Positions 9,533-19,817 are shown, counted from the first letter of the stretch. The stretch is DNA of 64,000 nt from Verrucomicrobiota bacterium (GCA_016871445.1 VHDH01000005.1:1842-65841), one strand, 5' to 3'. Translations and numbers: made by a program. Notes: a model not told the origin generated them from the sequence alone.

Positions 9533-10303
9533 TCAGCGCTTTGCCAGCAGCTTTGCTAGCTTCTTCGCGCGGGCAACCCACGGTTGCTCCTGCTTGCGCT
9601 GGTAGCCGGGCGCGACCTTGTCCTCGGCCATCACTTCGTCGGCGAGTTGCCGGGCGCGCTCCGTCTGACCCTTTGCGGCCAGCAGCTCGGCGAGCTGCAC
9701 GCGGGCGCGCGCGTGTGAGTGCTGGCTCACGACCTGTTCCCACACGGCGATGGCTCCGTCCGCGTCGCCGAGCGCAGCACGGGCCTCGGCCAACGCCATG
9801 AGCGAGTGGCCGTAGTCGTGCTTCGGGTTCTCGACGCAGACGTCTTCGAGATAATCCCGCGCCTCCCTGGCGCGGCCTTGCCGCAACAGGCACTGGCCGA
9901 GGTGGGAGCGGGTGTCGATGTCCCGGGGGTCACGCTCGAGTGCGCGGAGGTAGCTTTGCTCGGCCAGCTTGAACTTGCCGTGTTGGAAATGGATGTCGCC
10001 CAGCTCGGAATGATGGTGGGCCTTGTCGAGCAGCAGGATCTGTTTCTCCAGCTCGGCGATGCGGTCGCGATCGTGCTGGCCGGGCAGCTCAAAGCCGCGC
10101 GCCGGCAGCGACGGCGCAGCGCGATAGACCAAAAAGTAGTAGAGCACCGCGTTGAGCAGCGGGAACAGGATGATAAACGCCACCCACATCCACTCCTCGC
10201 GCCGGAAGGCGTCCACCAGCATCCACAGGTTGAAGGCGATGAACAGCCAGCCCAGCGGGTGCGTGAGGAACACCGTCAGGTCGGTGAACAGGAAGGCGAG
10301 CAT
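9533..10303 (-). CDS. Membrane-anchored TPR-repeat protein with PLDc_N-like N-terminal membrane domain
   Basis: The ORF extends to a TTG at 10363; the ATG at 10303 (MLAFLFTDL...) is preferred. The two-TM segment FNLWMLVDAFRREEWMWVAFIILFPLLNAVLYYFLV resembles the PLD N-terminal membrane domain. TPR-like repeats follow (AEQSYLRALERDP, ARDYLEDV, ALGDADGAIAVWEQV). Confidence 0.6.
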   Translation of the reverse strand: MLAFLFTDLTVFLTHPLGWLFIAFNLWMLVDAFRREEWMWVAFIILFPLLNAVLYYFLVYRAAPSLPARGFELPGQHDRDRIAELEKQILLLDKAHHHSELGDIHFQHGKFKLAEQSYLRALERDPRDIDTRSHLGQCLLRQGRAREARDYLEDVCVENPKHDYGHSLMALAEARAALGDADGAIAVWEQVVSQHSHARARVQLAELLAAKGQTERARQLADEVMAEDKVAPGYQRKQEQPWVARAKKLAKLLAKR

Positions 10304-10390
10304 GGCTGCGTGCTTCGTGTTACGGATTGTGTGCCTTGGTGCGATCGCGCTTGGCTGAATCAAGCGACTCGAAACGCGAACGGCGTCACC

Positions 10391-11986
10391 TTATGCCGCC
10401 ACCCAGTGCTGTTGCTCCCACAGCGCGGCCGACTTCTCCTTCGCCTCCTTCTCCTTTTCCTTTTGCAGCTCCTTGTCCAGGTCGGGGCCGACTTTGAGGT
10501 TCTCGCGGATGGGCGCGCTTGGGTTTTGGAAGTCAATGCCCGCGAGCTGGGTGTAATGGCGGAAAACATCCGTGTTCTGGATGAAGCCGCGGAAACGCTC
10601 CGCGCCGGGACCGGTGGCGACCAGCGGCACGAAGTCCGAGCAATGCGCCGTCCCCGCCCAGCCAATGCCGAGATGATTCGCCATGAGTTGCCCAAGCTGC
10701 GCCACCGCGGTGTTCATCAGCGTAAACTGTGCCTTGCCCTTGCGCGCGAGGAAGGGTGCGAGCACGGCAGCTTTCTCCTCGGAAACCTGGTAGTCGGTCG
10801 CCTCCTTGAGCGCGGCGGCGATGACCTTCGTATCCTGCTGGATCGGCGGCGCAACCGCGCCCTTCGCCAGCGGCGGCGTGTCGGGACCCGGAACGTTCCA
10901 GCCCTTGAGGATTTCGCTGAACGACTTCTTCACGCGCTGGACGTTGGTGAAGAGTGCCGAGCTGAAGCCGTAGTTGCTGCCGATGCCGTTGAGTCCGGGG
11001 TTGCCGGTCGGGTGGTCGGTGGTGAGGACGAGCAGTGTGTCCGGGTGGCGTTTCTGAAAGTCGAGGCACTCGTCGAGCGCCTCGTCGAAGGCGATCTGGT
11101 CGTAGAGCGCCGCGACCGCGTCACACATGTGCGCGCCGTGATCCACGCGCCCGCCTTCCACCTGCATGATGAAATGGCTCTCGTGTTCCAGTTTCGCTAG
11201 CGCGCGGCGCGTCAGCTCGGCGAGGTGCGGGACGCTGGCCTTGAGCTTCGCGTCGTGGGTCCAGTCCACGGTGAAAGGCAGGTGGCTGTTGGCAAAGACG
11301 CCGAGCCACTTGCCGTCGGTCTTTGCGGCGGCGAATTCCGGCGCGGTCTTGAAGACTTGGTAGCCGGCTTTCTGATAATCCGGCAGGAGGTCGCGCTTGT
11401 CCTTGCGTTTGGCAGGGTCAAAGAATTTCTGTCCGCCGCCGAGCAGCACTTCGATGCCGCGCTCTAAATATTGCCCGGCGATACCCTCCGCCGCCTCGCG
11501 CTTGAGGCCGCTGGCCGCAAAGCCGGCAGGTGTCGCGTGCGTTATTTCCGTGGTTGTGACGAGGGCGCGCTTCCAACCCTGCTGGCCAAAGAGGGTATAA
11601 AGTGGCGTGAGAATCGTGCCGTTGGGCAGGATGTTGACCGTGCCGTTAACGATGCGCGAGCCGCTGCCCCAGGCACACGCAGACGCTGAAGAGTCGGTCA
11701 CCAAGGAGTTCAGCGAACGCACGTCCATGAACGCCCCGATGACGCCGGGCTGCTGATAAAGGTTCATCCAAGAAAGGCCACGACCGCGCACGGCGCGCGA
11801 GAGATGGTCGGCCATCGAGAGCGTGGCCAACGCCATCCCGTCGGCGACGAGATGGATAATGTGGCGGGGCCGCTGGCCGGGACGGGCGTTGCCGGGCTCG
11901 GCAGCCCGGACGACGGAAGGGGCGGCCGTGGCTGCAGCGGCGAGCAAGCTTGTGCGCGTAAAGAAACGACGGCGATTAAATGACAT
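10391..11986 (-). CDS. Alkaline phosphatase (PhoA family), Tat-exported
   Basis: 531-aa ORF with ATG and twin-arginine signal MSFNRRRFFTRTSLLAAAATAA. Active-site region VTDSSASACAW matches the PhoA D-S-x-x-S-A motif. Lys/Glu-rich C-terminal tail. Confidence 0.85.
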   Translation of the reverse strand: MSFNRRRFFTRTSLLAAAATAAPSVVRAAEPGNARPGQRPRHIIHLVADGMALATLSMADHLSRAVRGRGLSWMNLYQQPGVIGAFMDVRSLNSLVTDSSASACAWGSGSRIVNGTVNILPNGTILTPLYTLFGQQGWKRALVTTTEITHATPAGFAASGLKREAAEGIAGQYLERGIEVLLGGGQKFFDPAKRKDKRDLLPDYQKAGYQVFKTAPEFAAAKTDGKWLGVFANSHLPFTVDWTHDAKLKASVPHLAELTRRALAKLEHESHFIMQVEGGRVDHGAHMCDAVAALYDQIAFDEALDECLDFQKRHPDTLLVLTTDHPTGNPGLNGIGSNYGFSSALFTNVQRVKKSFSEILKGWNVPGPDTPPLAKGAVAPPIQQDTKVIAAALKEATDYQVSEEKAAVLAPFLARKGKAQFTLMNTAVAQLGQLMANHLGIGWAGTAHCSDFVPLVATGPGAERFRGFIQNTDVFRHYTQLAGIDFQNPSAPIRENLKVGPDLDKELQKEKEKEAKEKSAALWEQQHWVAA

Positions 11987-12160
11987 GACGGAAAACTAGG
12001 AGTGGCCCGCCGGTTTGCCAATGCCGAAGGCAGGCTGTGCTAGCCGGTCACCAACAACCACGGCTGGCGATGGATTTTCCTCACCTGTGGCGAAGCAGGC
12101 TGTTTGACAGTCGACCTGCGCGGTCATTAAAATCTCGCACCCTCAGGCCCGCGCTCAGTT

Positions 12161-12955
12161 ATGAAATACTCCTACGAAGAACTGGCCAAGATGATCGACC
12201 ACTCGCTTCTGCATCCCACGATGACGGATCAAGAGCTGGAGGCCGGCTGTGCGCTGGCCGCGAAGTATCAGGTCGCCTCCGTTTGCATCAAACCCTACTA
12301 CGTCAAGCGCGCGGCGGAATTGCTCAAGGGCACCGGCGTGCGCGTTGGCGCGGTCATTGGCTTCCCACATGGTAACTCAGCCACCGAATCCAAACGCTAC
12401 GAGACCTGGCTGGCCTGCCAAGACGGAGCAACGGAAATTGACATGGTCATCAACGTCGGCAAAGCGCTCACCGGCGATTGGGATTACGTGGCCAACGACA
12501 TTCGCGCCGTGGCCGACGAGGCTCACCGCGCCGGCGCGAAGGTGAAGGTCATTTTCGAGAACGATTACCTCACCAAGGGCGGCGCGGGCCTAGACAGCGA
12601 TGCGTTCAAGAAACTCCTTTGCCAAATTGCCGAGCACGCCGGCGCGGACTGGGTCAAGACCAGCTCAGGCTACGGCTTCGTGAAGCAGCCCGATGGCAGC
12701 TACAACTACAAGGGCGCAACCGAGCACGACCTCGCCCTCATGCGTGCGAGTGTCTCGGCCAAGGTGCAGGTCAAAGCCGCCGGCGGCGTGCGCGACCTCG
12801 ACGGCCTCATCAAGGTCCGCGACCTCGGTGGCTCCCGCTGTGGCGCGACCGCCACCGCCGCGATGCTGGACGATTACCGGCGGCGCGAGGCGGCGGAAAA
12901 AGTCGGCCAGACGGTGACGGGCCAGGCCGCTGCGATTGGCGCGGGCGGTTACTAA
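12161..12955 (+). CDS. deoC: Deoxyribose-phosphate aldolase
   Basis: 264-aa ORF. Has MIDHSLLHPTMTDQEL, VASVCIKPYYV, IGFPHG, TEIDMVIN and the Schiff-base region DWVKTSSGY typical of DeoC. Confidence 0.85.
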   Translation: MKYSYEELAKMIDHSLLHPTMTDQELEAGCALAAKYQVASVCIKPYYVKRAAELLKGTGVRVGAVIGFPHGNSATESKRYETWLACQDGATEIDMVINVGKALTGDWDYVANDIRAVADEAHRAGAKVKVIFENDYLTKGGAGLDSDAFKKLLCQIAEHAGADWVKTSSGYGFVKQPDGSYNYKGATEHDLALMRASVSAKVQVKAAGGVRDLDGLIKVRDLGGSRCGATATAAMLDDYRRREAAEKVGQTVTGQAAAIGAGGY

Positions 12956-13078
12956 ACCATAGCCAGCCGCCGTCGCATCACCTCCGCGGCTGGAAGTTCC
13001 GCCCGGGAGATGGATTGAAACCTTGACCCAGGCCTTGTTTCGCGGCGCACTCGCTCCAGCGCATCCGCTTTTGCAAAC

Positions 13079-14566
13079 ATGAACAAACTTCTCCCCCTCT
13101 TGCTCATCGCGCTCTGCCCGCCCCTTTTTGCTAAGCCGCCAAACGTCATCTTGATGATGGGCGACGACCACGGGTGGGAGGAGACCGGTTACCATGGTCA
13201 TCCGCACGTCAAGACGCCGGTGCTGGACGAGATGGCACGTACCGGACTGCGGCTCGACCGCTTCTACGCGGCGCATCCCAGCTGCTCGCCCACGCGCGCG
13301 AGCTTCCTCACTGGCCGGCATCCGAACCGCATGGGCACGTTCGCGCCCGGCTGGTCGTTCCGCCCGGAGGAGATCACTCTCGCGCACGTGCTCGCCAAGG
13401 CGGGCTACCGCTGCGGCCACTTCGGCAAATGGCACGTCGGCGCGGTGAAGAAGGAATCGCCCGTGAGCCCCGGCGCGATGGGCTTCCACGAGTGGCTTTC
13501 GCACGACAATTTCTTCGAGCTAAACCCGTCCTTGTCCCGCAACGGCGGCCCGCCGGAAGTCATCAAGGGCGAAAGCTCGGAGATCCTCATCACGGAAACC
13601 ATCCGCTTCATCGGTCGCGCCCAGGGCGCAGGCCAGCCCTTCCTCGCCATCGTGTGGTTCGGCTCGCCGCACGAGCCTTACAGCGGCCTGCCCGCTGACC
13701 TCGCGCTGTACGACGATCTGCCAGCGAAATACACCAAGCCCGTCAAGCTTACCTCAAACGAAACCGGCGGCCAGGTCACACGCCCGCAGGGTGAGGTCCT
13801 GCGCGAGCGTTACGCCGAGATCACCGCGATGGACCGCGCCATTGGCACGCTGCGCAAACACCTTGCCACGCAAGGTCTGCGCGAGAACACGCTCGTCTTT
13901 TATTGTGGCGACAACGGCACATCTGGTGACGCGGCGCTCGGCTTTCCGCATCGCGGCCACAAGGGGCAAGTGTATGAGGGCGGCACGCTCGTGCCGGGAC
14001 TGATCGAGTGGCCCGCCCGCATTACCAAACCGCGCACAACGTCGTACCGCGCCAGCACGAGCGACCTGCTGCCTACGGTGGCCGCGCTCGCCGGCCAGCC
14101 TTTGCCCGCGCGCCCGCTAGACGGAGTGGACCTTACGCCTGTGCTGGACGACAAGGCCACCACGCGCGCCACTGCGCTGCATTTCTGGGAATTCGACACG
14201 CGGCGCTTCGCCGGGACGAAGCCGCAACCCTACCTTGACCCCGAGTTGCAGAAAGGCACCACGCCGCTCGTGAAGCTTCAGGGCAACAAGGCCACCCGCG
14301 ACTTTAATAACTTGCGACACCCAGCCATTGCCGACGCTGACTACCTCGGACCGCGCACCATCATCGAGGGCCGTTACAAGCTCGTCATTCACGATCGGCC
14401 GGGCGGCGTCCTCAAACGCGAACTGTTCGACCTGGACGCGGATCCAGCGGAGAAGACCGACCTCGCCGCGCAGCAGCCCGCCGTCGCGGAGAAGCTCGCG
14501 ACCGGCCTGCGCGGATGGCAGGACTCCGTGCTGAGGAGCCTCACCGGGGCGGATTACCGCAGGTGA
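13079..14566 (+). CDS. Formylglycine-dependent sulfatase (arylsulfatase A family)
   Basis: 495-aa ORF with a signal peptide. Sulfatase signature SCSPTRASFLTGR (C-x-P-x-R) after NVILMMGDDHG. Confidence 0.9.
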   Translation: MNKLLPLLLIALCPPLFAKPPNVILMMGDDHGWEETGYHGHPHVKTPVLDEMARTGLRLDRFYAAHPSCSPTRASFLTGRHPNRMGTFAPGWSFRPEEITLAHVLAKAGYRCGHFGKWHVGAVKKESPVSPGAMGFHEWLSHDNFFELNPSLSRNGGPPEVIKGESSEILITETIRFIGRAQGAGQPFLAIVWFGSPHEPYSGLPADLALYDDLPAKYTKPVKLTSNETGGQVTRPQGEVLRERYAEITAMDRAIGTLRKHLATQGLRENTLVFYCGDNGTSGDAALGFPHRGHKGQVYEGGTLVPGLIEWPARITKPRTTSYRASTSDLLPTVAALAGQPLPARPLDGVDLTPVLDDKATTRATALHFWEFDTRRFAGTKPQPYLDPELQKGTTPLVKLQGNKATRDFNNLRHPAIADADYLGPRTIIEGRYKLVIHDRPGGVLKRELFDLDADPAEKTDLAAQQPAVAEKLATGLRGWQDSVLRSLTGADYRR

Positions 14567-14798
14567 ATTACTTGACCCCTGAGGCTGGGCTTTCGTGCTC
14601 TGAGGTATGCGGCTACCGGCGCCACTGTCAAACCGCACATCCACTTCACAATGGCCGATGATAGGGCTTGGGACACACCGGAATCCTACGCTGACCTGAC
14701 CAAGGAAGCTCAAGATCGGCTCGAAATGGTGCGGGCGGAGCGATTGCGCTTGGTGGATTTGCATTGCCAGCACCAATCAGGCTGGCAGTTTTTCGCCC

Positions 14799-15182
14799 AT
14801 GAAATTGATCCCCCTTGCCCTGACGCTCCTGCTGCCGTTCATCACACTCAACGCCCAAGACAAAGAGAAGAAGCCGGACGTTGTCCCCGCCAAGGAGGCG
14901 AAGTCGAAAGTCGGGGAAACCATCACGGTTGAGGCGAAGGTGGCCGAGGTGAACAAGACCGAGAAAATCGTCCGCCTTAACCTGGAGGCGCGTTTTCCGA
15001 AGCAGGAGCTGACGCTGGTGATCTTCCCGGCGAATTTCAGCCAGTTCGGAGAGGTGGAGAAGTTGGCAGGCAAGACCGTGCGGGTCACCGGTAAAGTCAC
15101 CGAATACCAGAAGCGACCGCAGATCGTGCTGGATTCCAAGGAGCAGTTGAAAGTGCAGGAGGCAAAAGAGGAGAAGAAGTAA
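14799..15182 (+). CDS. Small secreted OB-fold-like protein (BOF / tRNA_anti-like)
   Basis: 127-aa ORF with signal peptide MKLIPLALTLLLPFITLNA. The core ETITVEAKVAEVNKTEKIVRLNL...GKTVRVTGKVTEYQKRPQIVL has the pattern of a periplasmic OB-fold. Lys/Glu-rich ends. Confidence 0.5.
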   Translation: MKLIPLALTLLLPFITLNAQDKEKKPDVVPAKEAKSKVGETITVEAKVAEVNKTEKIVRLNLEARFPKQELTLVIFPANFSQFGEVEKLAGKTVRVTGKVTEYQKRPQIVLDSKEQLKVQEAKEEKK

Positions 15183-15356
15183 CGGATAGCAGCCGAGCCT
15201 TAGGGTGGGAGCAGCTTGGACATGAGGGGTCTCGGTTTGCCTGATGAGAAACTTCTGATTCGTCCCGCGAGCCAAAATACTTTTGAAGTTCCCGCACTGC
15301 GTCCGGCAAAAACCTTGGTCTGGACTAAGTTCCAACTCCTTGCCACGGCAACGGGA

Positions 15357-18242
15357 CTAATTGCGGCGGCGGCTGCCGGGAGGGGGTTGCGCTGGCTTTG
15401 GATTGGGAGGCTTGAAATCCAGACGAGTTACCAAATTTGAACTGATGGTCACGGCCCCGATTACTGCCGCTGTTCCGCTGAGGCCATTCGTATCGCATTG
15501 GATTGCACTCAGGGTGATTTGGTCGCCGTTGGGCAGGGATACTCGCACCAGGCCTTTCGCGGGTGCGGATGTCTCCACCGGCGGTGTTTGGAAGACGATT
15601 CGCGCCACCCGCCCAAGCGCGAGGTCGGTCTCGCGACCATCATGGGCGAGGTGCAGCTTTTCGGTGCTGGATTGCGTCAGGCGGCCGTTGAGGCGTGTCA
15701 TGTCGTGAAGCCAGACGCTGTCGGTGCCCGGGGGGGCTGAATTGGTGAGGGTTTGCGGGGTGGCGCGCCATTCACTGAGCACGATGTTCCGCACTTGCGA
15801 AGAGGGGTCGTGGCGTTGAAATTCGATAAGGTCGCCGGCCGGAAAGGCGTTCGGGGAGGTTCCCTTGAGGATCAATTCCCCATCGGCCAGCAAGCACATC
15901 TCCTTCTTTGGGCGGTCGATTAGCCAAGTATAGACAACGGCCTGCGGCGGACGCGGTGGGCGGGGGGTGCCGTCGAGACCGTAGTGTGCCAGTATTTCGT
16001 TGGGCTCCTTTTGCATGAGTTTCATCAAGTCCTTCCCCATACCGGTGGGCGGGAAGAACCAACACCGGGAAAACAGAATGCAGCCATTAACAAGTCCGGG
16101 CTGGGTCTGGAGAGTAGGTGCCTTGATTGCCTTGACCGTTGGATCATTTTGTCCGTAAGCAAGAACGCTTAGCGATGCGGGTCGCTTCTCGTCTTGAATC
16201 CATTCAAATTGAAGCGCAAGCCGTTCCGGGAGTGTTCCCTTCCAAGTCATGGTGCCCGGGGGACGCTTAAACCTAGCGGTGGCACTCTTGTCGGCGATGA
16301 GTTCGGCGTTGACCTTCCAGTTGGCACTTTCGCCGGTATCGAGGACGCCGGTTGGGATCGCTCCGGGTCGCAGGCTCGCGGCGGTGGTGCGGGGGAAGTC
16401 GAAGGTGCCCAGGCCAGCGGGCTGAAAGCGCACGAATTCCGGGCCGAGTTCCAGAAACTTGCCATGCAAGCGGTCGCCGTTTTTCAGACTAAGAAATGCC
16501 CGTTCTGAATCTTCGCGCCGGACTGCCGGTGCCAGGATTGCAAGCGCAGCTTGGTCCAAACGCAGCGCGAGCGGCTCCTCCGCGGCCGGGTGTTGCCACA
16601 TTACTATGCCATCACGGATGCTGATGAGACTTCCCCGTAATCGCTGGCCTTGCACAAGCTCCAAAGTGCCAGGCTTGAGGGTCGAATAAGACGGAGCCCG
16701 AGTCTTAAGAGAAAATGGCTTTTCCACGCCCCAGCGAATCCATCTCAAGTCCTCACGCGGGATCATCAGTTGGCTGCCCCAGGCACAGTCGAAGCTCAAA
16801 TGGGTTGCAGTGAATTCGCTGAGGGTTCCGGTCAGGTTGCCCCCGCCGGACAAACCGACCGCCGTGGCGCCTTCCTTTAGGTGTGCCTCATCCAAAGCAG
16901 GCGCAGCCAGCCTGATGTTGGCGAGACGTTCAACCGGCACGTTCAAACGCCCGAGCTGGGCTACCATGAAGACGGCTGCTTCGGGGGTGATGGACTCCAA
17001 GGTGCCATTGATAAGATCGCCATTGGCAAGCTGCGTCGACTCGCGGACCTCACTGGGGTTCTCCTCCCACGGCTTTACGACGATGAAGTCGGGTAACTCA
17101 TCACTGCGAATCGATATGCCGCGGGTGGCACTCGCGGGCAACGAGCCAAGCTTGGCCCTCTGTTTCACGGTTCCATCCACGATGATTTGCGCCTCCCCCG
17201 TCCTCCGGTCAAAGCAGACACAAATTTTGACCGCCGGCCCGGAGCCTTCCATTTTCACCGTGGAGCCGCCCACGTTTTGCGAACCCACGGACACATATTG
17301 GCGGTTGAGGCTAATGTAATATCCATTCTCGGAACCATTGAAGGAATGGGGATTCTTTGGCTCGGTGAAGATCCGGAGGTAAACCCCAGATGGCCCCGTC
17401 TGGGGAGCCATGGACAGGGAAAGTTCCACGGCCACGCGGTCCGGCAGGAGTATGTCCCGATAGGCCGCCGCCGTTGCTTCTTTCCCTTCTGCCGGATAGG
17501 AGAGGCGATCCCAATCCGCCAGCCATTGCCGCCCCGCGAAGCCGCTGCGCGGAACCCCGCGGTGGATCGACCCCACCTGATCCCTGCGGAATTCCAACTT
17601 GCCTAGCGTCGGGTTCGTGAGGGTGAACCGCTTGGCATCGAGCGTGAGTGAATCGGCGGTCAACACGTCCCCCGTCGTTAATCGCACGGTCCAGCGTGCT
17701 TCCGGCGTAGGATGATTTCCTCGCGACGCGAACCGCACGACGCCCTGGGGCGGACGCCGGAAAGAATTGGGACTTTCGGCGGCGGGCAGTTCCCAGCGCA
17801 CCGAGTTGTCCATCCAGGCCAGAAATCGTCCGTCAATAGGTTCCTCCCCGGGCAGCAACAGCGAATCAACGGAGCGTGGGGCCGGAGGCTGACGAACCCA
17901 ATGGATCTCGATGCTAGATGCGACACAGTTCGGTTCTTTTCCGGTATAGAAAATGGTCACAGCGGCACCAACGGGAACATCCGCGAGTTTCATTTCCTCA
18001 CCGCTAGTGAATTCTGTTTTCTTGGTGACCTTGAACTGGATTCGCTTATCACTTTGGGCGACGCCGAGCGTTGGACTCAGCGCGGTCTCGAGGGTCAGGA
18101 TCCCAGCAGTAGCATCTATTTTTACCACCTCTCCGGAAATGGTGCTCGGGGGGGCAGGCTCATCGCGCTTCTGGGCCGCGAGGTTGAGCGCGGCCAGCGC
18201 CATCACCAAGACCACCTTTAAAGTGAAGAAAAACTTCCGCAT
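15357..18242 (-). CDS. Large secreted repeat protein of unknown function (>=7 copies of a ~42-aa module plus two jelly-roll-like regions)
   Basis: The ORF extends to 18368; the ATG at 18242 gives signal peptide MRKFFFTLKVVLVMALAALNLAA. Repeated modules include LANGDLINGTLESITPEAAVFMVAQLGRLNVPVERLANIRL, LKNGDRLHGKFLELGPEFVRFQPAGLGTFDFPRTTAASLR and LPNGDQITLSAIQCD...VTRLDF. Confidence 0.6.
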   Translation of the reverse strand: MRKFFFTLKVVLVMALAALNLAAQKRDEPAPPSTISGEVVKIDATAGILTLETALSPTLGVAQSDKRIQFKVTKKTEFTSGEEMKLADVPVGAAVTIFYTGKEPNCVASSIEIHWVRQPPAPRSVDSLLLPGEEPIDGRFLAWMDNSVRWELPAAESPNSFRRPPQGVVRFASRGNHPTPEARWTVRLTTGDVLTADSLTLDAKRFTLTNPTLGKLEFRRDQVGSIHRGVPRSGFAGRQWLADWDRLSYPAEGKEATAAAYRDILLPDRVAVELSLSMAPQTGPSGVYLRIFTEPKNPHSFNGSENGYYISLNRQYVSVGSQNVGGSTVKMEGSGPAVKICVCFDRRTGEAQIIVDGTVKQRAKLGSLPASATRGISIRSDELPDFIVVKPWEENPSEVRESTQLANGDLINGTLESITPEAAVFMVAQLGRLNVPVERLANIRLAAPALDEAHLKEGATAVGLSGGGNLTGTLSEFTATHLSFDCAWGSQLMIPREDLRWIRWGVEKPFSLKTRAPSYSTLKPGTLELVQGQRLRGSLISIRDGIVMWQHPAAEEPLALRLDQAALAILAPAVRREDSERAFLSLKNGDRLHGKFLELGPEFVRFQPAGLGTFDFPRTTAASLRPGAIPTGVLDTGESANWKVNAELIADKSATARFKRPPGTMTWKGTLPERLALQFEWIQDEKRPASLSVLAYGQNDPTVKAIKAPTLQTQPGLVNGCILFSRCWFFPPTGMGKDLMKLMQKEPNEILAHYGLDGTPRPPRPPQAVVYTWLIDRPKKEMCLLADGELILKGTSPNAFPAGDLIEFQRHDPSSQVRNIVLSEWRATPQTLTNSAPPGTDSVWLHDMTRLNGRLTQSSTEKLHLAHDGRETDLALGRVARIVFQTPPVETSAPAKGLVRVSLPNGDQITLSAIQCDTNGLSGTAAVIGAVTISSNLVTRLDFKPPNPKPAQPPPGSRRRN

Positions 18243-18368
18243 GTCCCGCACAGGATTGCACGCGAATTTCAAACAGCACAATCTTTTGTGGAATTCAGTA
18301 CGGATGGGAGACACGGCGGGGGACACAGACGTAAGCTGATACCGAAGCAACGGGGCAATGACCCTCAC

Positions 18369-19817
18369 TCAACCACGCAATATTTCGCCCACCAATCGCG
18401 CGCTCTGGCCGTCCACGAGGGACATCTCGGTGCCATTGCGCTTGAAGGTGAGTTTTTGGTAATCGAGGCCGAAGAGGTGCAGGAGCGTCGCGTGGTAGTC
18501 GAAGTGGTGGACGATGTCCTTCACCGCGTGGTGGCCGAACTCGTCGGTCTCGCCGTAGGTGAAGCCATTCTTAAACCCACCGCCGGCGACCCACATTGAG
18601 AAGCCGTAGGTGTTGTGGTCGCGGCCTACTTTCGTGGGGCCGGTGTCGTTCTGGATGACCGGGAGCCGGCCCATTTCGCCGCCCCAGTGGACGACCGTTG
18701 AGTCGAGCAGGCCGCGCGCTTTCAGATCGGTGATGAGGCCGGCGGAGCCTTTGTCGATGTATTTGCACGCAGCGGGCAGGCCGGTGCGGATGCTGCCGTG
18801 GTGGTCCCAAGTTTGGTTGCCGGTGTAGAGCTGCACGAAGCGCACGCCGCGTTCGACGAGCCGACGGGCAATGAGGCAGCGCGTGCCGAACTCCGCCGTG
18901 ACCGGCTCGTCAATGCCGTAAAGCCGCTTCGTCGCCGCGCTCTCGCCGGTGATGTCCATCGCTTCCTTTGCGGCGGTCTGCATCTTGGCGGCCAGCTCGT
19001 AGCTGGCGATGCGCGCCTCCAAATCCGTCTCGCCTGGATGCTCGCGGAGATGGTCGCGGTTCAGCTTCTCGAGGAACGAAAGGTAATTCTCCTGCGCCGT
19101 GCCGCGCAGGTGCGGCGGCGGGTCGAGGTTCGGGATGCGGGGCTCCTTCGAGCGGACGGCGGTGCCTTGGAAGAGCGAGGGTAGCCAGCCGTTTTCCCAG
19201 TTCGCCACGCCCAGCACGGGCAGACCGCGCGGGTCAGTGAGCGCGACGAACGCCGGCAGGTTGCTCGTCTCGGAGCCGAGCGCGTAGGTGAGCCAACTCC
19301 CGAGCGTGGGCCGGCCGCCGAGCACGCGGCCATTTTGCAGCGCGTAGATGGACTGGCCGTGGTTGTTCACGCCCGTGTGCATCCCGCGCAGCAGGCAGAC
19401 GTCGTCCACGATGCCCGCGAAGTGCGGCAGCAGCTCGCTCACGTCCATGCCGCACTGGCCGTGCTTTTGGAATTTCCACGGGCTGGCGAGGACCTTGGGG
19501 CTGGCCTGGGCGGCGTTGTCGTATTTGATTTCGCCGGGGAATTTCTGGCCGTCGTATTTGTCGAGCGCGGGCTTGGGGTCGAACAAATCCATGTGGCTCG
19601 GCCCGCCCTGCATGAACATGGAAATCATCGCCTTGGCCCGCGGCTGGAAGTGCGGGCGCTTGGGCAGGAGGTCGAAGGACTTTGGGTCGAGGTCCGGACG
19701 CGGGGCGTTGGCGAGGAGGTTGTCCTGCTTGAGCAGCCACGCGAGCGCGACGGAGCCGAGGCCGAAGCCGGACTGCGCGAAGAAGTGGCGGCGGGAGTTG
19801 CAGGCGGTGCTATTCAT
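18369..19817 (-). CDS. DUF1501 domain protein (sulfatase-like fold), Tat-exported
   Basis: The ORF extends to 20288, but that extension is antisense to the next gene. The ATG at 19817 gives the Tat signal MNSTACNSRRHFFAQSGFGLGSVALAWLL. Also has family-typical GRDHNTYGFSMWVAGGGFK. Confidence 0.85.
   Translation of the reverse strand: MNSTACNSRRHFFAQSGFGLGSVALAWLLKQDNLLANAPRPDLDPKSFDLLPKRPHFQPRAKAMISMFMQGGPSHMDLFDPKPALDKYDGQKFPGEIKYDNAAQASPKVLASPWKFQKHGQCGMDVSELLPHFAGIVDDVCLLRGMHTGVNNHGQSIYALQNGRVLGGRPTLGSWLTYALGSETSNLPAFVALTDPRGLPVLGVANWENGWLPSLFQGTAVRSKEPRIPNLDPPPHLRGTAQENYLSFLEKLNRDHLREHPGETDLEARIASYELAAKMQTAAKEAMDITGESAATKRLYGIDEPVTAEFGTRCLIARRLVERGVRFVQLYTGNQTWDHHGSIRTGLPAACKYIDKGSAGLITDLKARGLLDSTVVHWGGEMGRLPVIQNDTGPTKVGRDHNTYGFSMWVAGGGFKNGFTYGETDEFGHHAVKDIVHHFDYHATLLHLFGLDYQKLTFKRNGTEMSLVDGQSARLVGEILRG

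Noticed and set aside
14651-14932. 93-aa ORF starting in the 232-bp spacer upstream of the OB-fold gene (MADDRAWDTPESYADLTKEAQDRLEMVRAERL...)
   Set aside because: Its second half overlaps the OB-fold CDS in another frame and becomes Pro/Arg-rich junk. There is no recognisable family. Only the first ~49 codons are intergenic, and I cannot support them as a gene.
15216-15440. 74-aa ORF with a TM-anchor-like motif (TLVWTKFQLLATATGLIAAAAAG) in the spacer after the OB-fold gene
   Set aside because: The ORF runs into the 3' end of the convergent 961-aa gene and is very short, with no further similarity. At most it is a relic of an N-terminal anchor and is not supportable as a gene.
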